From NCBI GenBank assembly GCA_964016885.1, contig OZ024741.1, forward strand, positions 96,038,001 through 96,102,000: DNA of 64,000 nt, written 5' to 3'. This stretch comes from Eledone cirrhosa. Its lineage: Eukaryota. The position numbers were made by a program, and so were the translations under genes. Positions 55,763 to 64,000 of this stretch are shown here, one piece after another. Within the stretch, counting starts at the first letter, position 1; every line of letters begins with the position of its first letter. Under the pieces are notes generated by a model. The model saw nothing but the letters and a program-made list of their open reading frames with translations, searched no databases and was not told where the DNA came from.

Positions 55763-55796
<34 letters not shown>

Positions 55797-56134
55797 TTCA
55801 TGACAATAACCATTATCTACATCCTCTCTTCTTTATCATCATCAACATAAACATCGATCATGTTATAATCATATTCATCGTCAACATCCTCAACGTTTTC
55901 CTCCTTCTCCTCTCCTCTACCTCTTCCTCCTCCTCTCACCTCTGATCATCATCATCATCATCCTCATCATCATCTCCCACATCATTATCATTATCCCTTT
56001 ATTAGCAACAAAAATAGCAGATAGCAGAACTAAATATCACGTGGAGTAAACCAATGCTGGTTGTCTCCTTCGGCAAACAATAATACAATTAATAATTCCC
56101 AACATAAAGATACAATGCTAGACATTTTGGTGAA

Positions 56135-56465
56135 AAATTAGTCGATTAACTCGACCTCAGTACCTGACTGGTACTTTATTTTATCAAACCTGGGTTAGGG
56201 TAAAAGGCAAAGTTGACCTCAGCGGGGTTTAAATCCATCTGGAACAAATACTGCATGGTATTTTATCCGACACTCTAACGATTCAGCCAACAGTAATAGA
56301 AATGTTTGTTTCTACTTTTGGCACAAGGTCAGCAAATATCCCAGTATATTACTGGTACTTTATTTTATCGACCCCGTAAGGCTGAAAAGCAAAGTTAATC
56401 TCAGTGGGATTTGAACTCAGACTGTAAACAGACGTAATTCTATGCTGCAAAGCATGACGTCCGAC
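56135..56465 (-). mobile_element. Two adjacent Deu/Nin-like SINEs
   Basis: Reverse-complement matches at ~56135-56290 and ~56306-56465. Confidence 0.8.
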
Positions 56466-56522
56466 AGGTTATAAAATGTTAAGCTGTGAGGAAGAGAGAA
56501 GTCTGTTTCGACAGATCGATTC

Positions 56523-56612
<90 letters not shown>

Positions 56613-57239
56613 TGACTACCGGTGTACGATAAATATTTCGAGAGTAGTGACAGTGAGTATAAATTATATATTTTTGAGTTTAGAAGTCTAAATGTTTACT
56701 AACATAGCTACATTATACATTACGGACAGAGCTCGTTTCACAGTATCACGTAGTCATTCTTTAGTCTTTCATTTGTGGAAGAATGGAAATGTGCGGTGTT
56801 CATGATTCTTCATAAGAGAAGCGAAAGAGTACAAAGATTAACAATCGATGACTAGGCAGTTCAGTTCGGAGAGAGAAATTATTTCTTGGCGGCATAAGAT
56901 ATATTAGTTTGAATTATACAATTAAGGAAACAAAAAAGCTCATTCGCTAATGTAGACCTGGTGCACTGAGCCTTGAAGAAATAATGATCGTGACATATTT
57001 GGTCGTATGTGGATCATCGTTGACACCATAATACAAATAATAATTAAGAAAATCGGATAAAGTAGAATAAAACCTTACATTCATTTAGGTGCCGAGCGAA
57101 TGCATTAACCACTGCGCTAAAGAGTCACAGGCCAGCAATCCCGCCTTAAAAATGTTTAACACTGTAGCTAGAAGCTTAAACAAAGCAGTTGACTTACTAG
57201 GGGCAGGTGGTTCTTAGATATATGCATCTATATATCTAG

Positions 57240-57863
57240 ATTGAAAGACGGATTGTAAATTTTCCCTTTCTAAATTGGTTAGGGGTTTCCATGTATACTA
57301 TATTTTCTATATATCCACTTTTCGTTAGTACCTCGTTGTAATGGGGTGTAACCTTATTGAAGATCTCTGTTGGTCGATAAGCAAGAGATTACTCTGCTAA
57401 TTCTGTTTACAAGGTTCCTAACTGTAGCTGGTGTCCCTATGTATATATACCGTTTCATCATTAAGCTTCCTATACAGGTAGAGCACACCAGGCATTTAGG
57501 CGAGGACATCAAATTTGGTCAAGTTGGTGGTAACTGATATTTAGGTCAAATCCTTTGAAGATCCATATTTTCTGACGTTATCCATGGAGTAGCTGTTCAT
57601 ATGGCTTGAGATTGCCAGGCCGTCGTCTCTGTATACAGCTGAAATATAGGGGCGTGTTACTATCCTAAGCATATCGAGTATGAATAAACCGACGATTTCA
57701 GTGACCTAGGACGAGTTGTAGGACCCCATTGATACGGCAAACAGCGAATCCCTTTCCAATTCTACACAGTACCAGCTGTCGTGGAACAGAAGTGACATCC
57801 TGGCACCCAAAATTATTCTGATATTGAATCCGCTGGACCTAGTGAATTGCTTCCCGAGAAGTA
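57240..57863 (-). pseudogene. Degenerate PLE reverse transcriptase with YRDDGL motif (Naiad-like)
   Basis: [21 protein letters not shown]...AVYRDDGLA...RNLVNRISRVISCLSTN...YNPSFN. Confidence 0.75.
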
Positions 57864-57864
57864 T

Positions 57865-57940
<76 letters not shown>

Positions 57941-57959
57941 GTATATATATGTATATATG

Positions 57960-57990
<31 letters not shown>

Positions 57991-58001
57991 GTATATATGT
58001 A

Positions 58002-58061
<60 letters not shown>

Positions 58062-58523
58062 TGTGTGTGTCTGCACACAATCGCACACATATATACGCAC
58101 AAAGCCGAGCGTGAAAGCTCTCTACACACACAAATATGAGCATATATATATATACATAGGTGGGAGAGAGGGAGAAAGATAGAAACAGAGAAAAAATGAG
58201 AAAGAGAGGGAGAGAGATAGAAACAGAGAAAGAACGAGAAGGAGAGAGAAATCTTATCGTGAGGAAATATTCAACTATACACAAAAAGTGTGTTGTCTTT
58301 GTAATAGTCTGTAATTCATATTCATTCCCCGTCATTTGATCTCAAAATGTGAGCCACAGATGTGTATATATCATCGTGTTCTTTTGTTATTTTTCTAGAT
58401 TGTTTTTGTTAAATAAATCTTGAAATTAATTATAACATCAATCGTCATCGTAAAGTTCTTGAATTATAGTCCAATGATACATATCAGTGCCATTCGTGTG
58501 AAGGGGTCGACGAAACTAACACA

Positions 58524-58595
<72 letters not shown>

Positions 58596-58621
58596 GTATA
58601 TACATATATATATATATATAT

Positions 58622-58690
<69 letters not shown>

Positions 58691-58979
58691 CATATATATA
58701 TATATGTATATACATATATATATATATATACACATATATATATACATACATATATACTGTATATATATATATATATATATATACATATATATATGTATAA
58801 ATATATGTACATATATATGCACACATCACTACATACAAATAAGAAATATAATTCAAATGTAATAAATTTAACATGCATAATAGACATGCATATACATGCG
58901 TGCGTATGTATGTATTTTTGTATGTATGTACGTTTGCTTGTATTCATAGGTATATATATACACACACAAGTATGTATGC

Positions 58980-59035
<56 letters not shown>

Positions 59036-59640
59036 CTAAAAATGCAGTGGGAATACGAAGAAATATATATTACATCTATTCATCATTCTACACACATACA
59101 CAGATACACATATTTATATCTATAAATATATATATATATACATATATTCATATAATTTATTCATATATACATATATGTGTCTGTGTGTGGTTGTATGAAT
59201 GTATGTACACATACTTATGAATGCGTTTGTATTTTATTTATTACCATTGAATTATGTTCGTTGTTCGTGTTAATGTTTCATATAAAGTTACTGTTTTACT
59301 GTTAACTTATGATGTTACCATGAAGATGAGCTAGACATTAATGTTTTATATTAGAAAATGGCAATGTCAGTTTTCAACTTAAACACCTCTCTTTTTCTTC
59401 CCCCTCTCATTTTACACCATTCTCTCTAATTACATTTCTCTCTTTCTCTTTGTCTCTTCTTCTCTCTACCTGCTACAACTTGTATTTCTCTTTTCCTCTC
59501 TCTCATGCTCAAAGTCTTAATCTTGCCTCTCATTTTCTCTCTTTTCAAATTTTCTCTCTTTTCAAATTGCTATTTATTTGTTTATACTATGAAATTTTCT
59601 ATCTTCTTATTTGAATCTTGAATATATCATTTCTGCTTCT

Positions 59641-59674
<34 letters not shown>

Positions 59675-59906
59675 GGTGTGTGTGTGTGGGTGTGTGCGTG
59701 TGTGTGCGTGCGTGTATGCGCGTGTGTGCGCGTGCGTGCGTACGTGTGTGTGTGTGTGTCTAAATACACACATATATTGTATATCTATACATGCATACTT
59801 ACATTGGTAAATGTACACAAATGAATATGCTTCCTTGTATATATATATATATATATATATATATACGTGTGTGTGTATGTATATATATATACATACACAC
59901 ACACGT

Positions 59907-59953
<47 letters not shown>

Positions 59954-60458
59954 GAAAGAGACAGAGAGATAGAGAGAGAAAGAAAGAAAGAGAGATGTAG
60001 ATATATGTGTGCATGCATGTTATATAGTTAGATGTTATATAGATAGATGTACGTAAATCTAGCAATTAGCTCTTTGCTGTAAATCTTTTCTTTCCATACA
60101 TCTAATTATATATCTCCTTCTGGTACTATAACCCATATTACCCCTTACTCTGCACCAAACACTCTGCACATTTCGACCTTTCACATACGTCTACGTTAGT
60201 TAAGTAATTTAACTAAACAGTAGATAAAATCTACAAGAAACATTCGTTCAGAATCAATCTTGAACATAAAGTATTAAGTAAGTGCATGTGGATATTTTTA
60301 TGAATCACATCGCACACACACACACACACACAGACACACAAGCGAACACATACAAACACACACAGATATACAGACGCACCAACACACATGCGCACATACA
60401 CATTACATACACATTTATGTATATGTGTGTATACAAAACATCTCTCTCTCTGTATCTA

Positions 60459-60574
<116 letters not shown>

Positions 60575-61054
60575 TATATATATATACATGCACACACACA
60601 CGCTCCCCCTCCCCCCACACACACTTACACACACACTCACACACACACACACGCACACTTACACACACACACACACACACAAACACACAAGTCTAGTGAT
60701 CTATCGATTCCGATCCCAACCGATAGTATCTTAAGGTGATCTATCACGAAACTCCTGTCACTTGTGAATAAAACTATATTGATGTTATATTGATACTTCG
60801 CTCCCCGCTTTTATTATTAATAGCACTGCTTGTTGAACACACAAACGTAGAATCTCATATCGTCAGTCAGTCCACGTATTGAGTGCTCCATCTGGTGAAC
60901 CATCACCAACTGAACGTTACCTACCCATACAGTATATTAGTGCTTTCAGAAAACAACACCAAACTTCAGCACTGAGCCTATAAAAACATCGAAATAACAG
61001 AAGTAAGCTTTATTCCATCGTTATGTTTTTCTATTTTTTGTTTCTGTTCAAATT

Positions 61055-61115
61055 CTAGTTGTCTGATGAGGTCATAGCTGTTGCATAATGGTTATCACCA
61101 AAATATATATAAGAG
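61055..61115 (+). ncRNA. Decayed HHR in a pLTR remnant
   Basis: CUGAUGA-ggtcatagc...gttatcacc-AAAA (expected GAAA)-tatatata. Confidence 0.4.
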
Positions 61116-61244
61116 TGAATATGATTAAACGAAGTTAATTTTAACCTGTTGACTTACACAACTTGTTTATATATATATACATATATATATATATATACTT
61201 GTGTATATGGTAGCTATGGTAGCTATATATATATATATATATAT

Positions 61245-61826
61245 CCAGCAGTTGTACTGGGACAGTAAGCAGCAAACAGCCACAGGAAACAAGTACCACC
61301 AATCTCTGGGAGGGCTCTGTGGAGACAGTAGACAGCCTCTGCTACCTAGGTGACCGAATTAGCAGCGGAGGTGGGTGTTCAGAAAGTACAATAACTAGGG
61401 TAAGAACGGGATGGAAGAAGTTCAGGGAACTACTACCACTGCTAGCTGCAAAAGGCTTCTCCCTCAGAATGAAAGGCAGACTGTATGATGCGTGTATCCG
61501 AACAACGATGTTGCATGGTAGTGAGACCTGGGCGCTGAAGGTGGAAAACTTACGTAGATTAGAGAGAAACGAAGCCTGCATGCTCCGATGGATGTGTAAT
61601 AGTAATATACGCGAACGACAAAGCATAAATGAATTGAGAGAGAGACTAAGCATAAGAGGAATCAAATGCTGTGTGCAGGAGAGGCGGATGCGTTGGTATG
61701 GACATGTGATGCGTATGAAGGATGACAGCTGCATAAAATGGTGCAGAGCACTAGAAGTCCATGGAAACCGCGGAGTGGGGAGACCCAAGATGACCCGGGA
61801 TGAGGTGATAAAAGCCGACCTTACCG
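61245..61826 (+). pseudogene. RTE LINE C-terminal fragment, a diverged relative of 7977-11172, broken off at a PLE
   Basis: CYLGDRISSGGGCSES..RVRTGWKKFRELLPLL...MLHGSETW...RWYGHV...GRPK. Confidence 0.9.
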
Positions 61827-61839
61827 TTTGTATATGTAT

Positions 61840-64000
61840 AACAACATCATCCCAAAAACTATAAAAGACTTGCTTCAAATCACCAGGCCTCAAACGATCA
61901 CTTAGTTACATACAAAATTTCTGCCTAAGAAAACTCATACAACACCTACACCGCACGCTACAACAACACATACGGACTATTTTCAGCCTTGTACCACAAC
62001 TCGCTGAAACCCCAGAACCTCTGTCCAGAGTTATCTCCGCCGCTATAGACAGGTCATACCACCATCGCCGAGACTACGAGAAAATACGCCTAATGCAAAC
62101 ATTTCTCAAACTCAGCACGGCTAACCGTCTTAACAACATCCCAACTCTAAGCACCAACAGAGGCGAACAAGACGGTACCAACACCGAACCTAGCGGCGCC
62201 CCGACCAACAACACACCTGACACAAAACACCTCGTCACAGACTTGACAGGATCCCTCTCCCGAGAGGAATTAGACCTCCTCAGCCTGGGTCCCAAGTTCA
62301 TATTGAAACAGAGACTGGACGACAAATTATGGCTCGACATAGAAACGAATTTCTGTCGGGCTGCCTACCAACTAAAATGGATATCGACTGTCGGCAACAA
62401 CATCACGGAATCTAACAAACCCAGATTCCCGATATACCAACTGGATCGCCCACTTTGTCCACCGCCTGCCAACCGCGAGCTTGAAGAAAAACTCTCGAGG
62501 CTAAAACATTCCGTATTTAACATCTTACGGAAACAGAAGATAGCCCCAAACCTCTCCAGGACACAACAACTCGCCCTGAAGAACCTACGGAATAGGGAAC
62601 TTATATACTTACCATCCGACAAAGGTAAAGAGTTTTGCGTCATCTCTCAAGCCACATACAACAACCTAGCCTTTGAACACCTAAGCGACAATGAATTATA
62701 CACAGAGATCCCGGACATGACTGCAGCCCAGATCGAAAAACAGACCAACTCCATCTGGTTCGATATCTGTAGGAGAAGACAACTCCCAAATAAAGTTAAG
62801 CTCAACTACACCACTAGAAATAGCAGACTGCCCACTTTCTACCACCTCATCAAGACCCACAAGAATAGTACTAAGACGCAAATGAGACCCATCGTCTCTA
62901 GCATAGAAGGACTCCTATACAAAATTTCCTGGCTCCTCTCCCAGGTCCTCAAGCCTCTACTCTCCACCTTTCCCGGGCATATCAGTAGCTCCGACAAAGT
63001 TATACGTAGACTACACCAACTCCAGCCAGAACAACTTAAACTAAATAGATACGCCTTTAGCCTCGACGTTGTCTCCCTCTACACTACAGTCCCCGCTCAT
63101 CCAGCTGTCGATTTATTGACGGACTGCGTGGTCGCAGAGGACATCCACTGCTACGGCCTCCATCCGACGGACATACACCAGCTTTTGTCCTTCACAGTAG
63201 ACAACACCTACTTCACCTTCCACCACCACACATACAGACAGACAACAGGATTACCCATGGGATCCAGCCTATCGGGCCTGCTGGCCATCACCTATATGAA
63301 CCAGCTAGAATGCCGAGCCTTCAACACCTGCCATTCCCATACCTTCTTCACCCGATATGTAGATGACATACTCATCCTTACATCATCCCGTGAGGAGGCA
63401 GATAAAATATACACAACATTCTCCAGCATGGACGCCAGTATAAAGTTCAGCATGGGACACCCTGATGACCGCGGATCCCTATCCCTACTGGACTTCCAAC
63501 TCAGGGTAACAGAGGAAGGCAACATGCACACCTGCTTCTATAAAAAAGCCACCAGCAGGGACCTATTTGTACATTTCATATCGGCCCTCCCAGCCGGTTC
63601 TAAGTTCGGATACATAAGGAACGAACTACACGTATCCGGAACAAATGCACCGACGCTAGAGACCGAGACACACACACCACACATTTCCTGGAAGTACTCA
63701 AACTGAATGGATACACGACATCCACCACAAACCGTGCCAGAAATAACAGAGGACACCACACTCGAGGCACTAACACTTGCTTCCTGAAGCTCCCACACTT
63801 CAGTGACGAAACAACAACATCCATCCGCAGAGCTATCAGACGAGAGGGATTAGATATCCAACTGGCCCACTCAGGTCCTTCTCTACGAGCACAGCTAACC
63901 AAAATACACTCCACCAGACATGACAACTGCTGCAGGCTAGCCAACTGCCCCATCAACGACACAGACCTATACCACCAGGCTTACGTCGTATACAGACTAG
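61840..64000 (+). mobile_element. Penelope-like retroelement: RT ORF 62093-~63630, frameshift, thumb/linker and start of GIY-YIG; continues past the window
   Basis: LSLGPKF, PSDKG, FYHLIKTHK, MRPIVSS, FSLDVVSLYTTVP, QTTGLPMGSSLS, RYVDDI, LSLLD; second frame RIRNKC...LKLNGY...CRLANCPI...AYVVYRL. Confidence 0.92.

Overview
AT-rich eukaryotic DNA dominated by (TA)n, (CA)n, (GA)n and (TTC)n microsatellites and by transposable elements. The repeat content resembles a coleoid cephalopod (Octopus-like) genome; this is inferred, not verified. No host exon could be supported, so the window looks intronic or intergenic, and most ORF-track entries are microsatellite artefacts. Recognisable elements: a 5'-truncated RTE LINE with a PHD-like finger inside ORF2 (~8.0-11.2 kb), more RTE fragments, a CRE-like endonuclease fragment, Penelope-like elements (PLEs) of several lineages including a long RT ORF at the right end, about 15 tRNA-derived SINEs, non-autonomous Helitrons, a Tc1 remnant, a 10-unit tandem MITE array and a ~41 x 54-bp minisatellite. 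The strongest unannotated signal is RNA structure. More than a dozen hammerhead-ribozyme (HHR) folds from roughly eight families sit in small elements inserted in (TA)n tracts. They include head-to-head palindromes with an HHR on each strand, a CAGAAGA core variant and an HHR with a long GNRA-capped stem II. All folds were assigned by eye.
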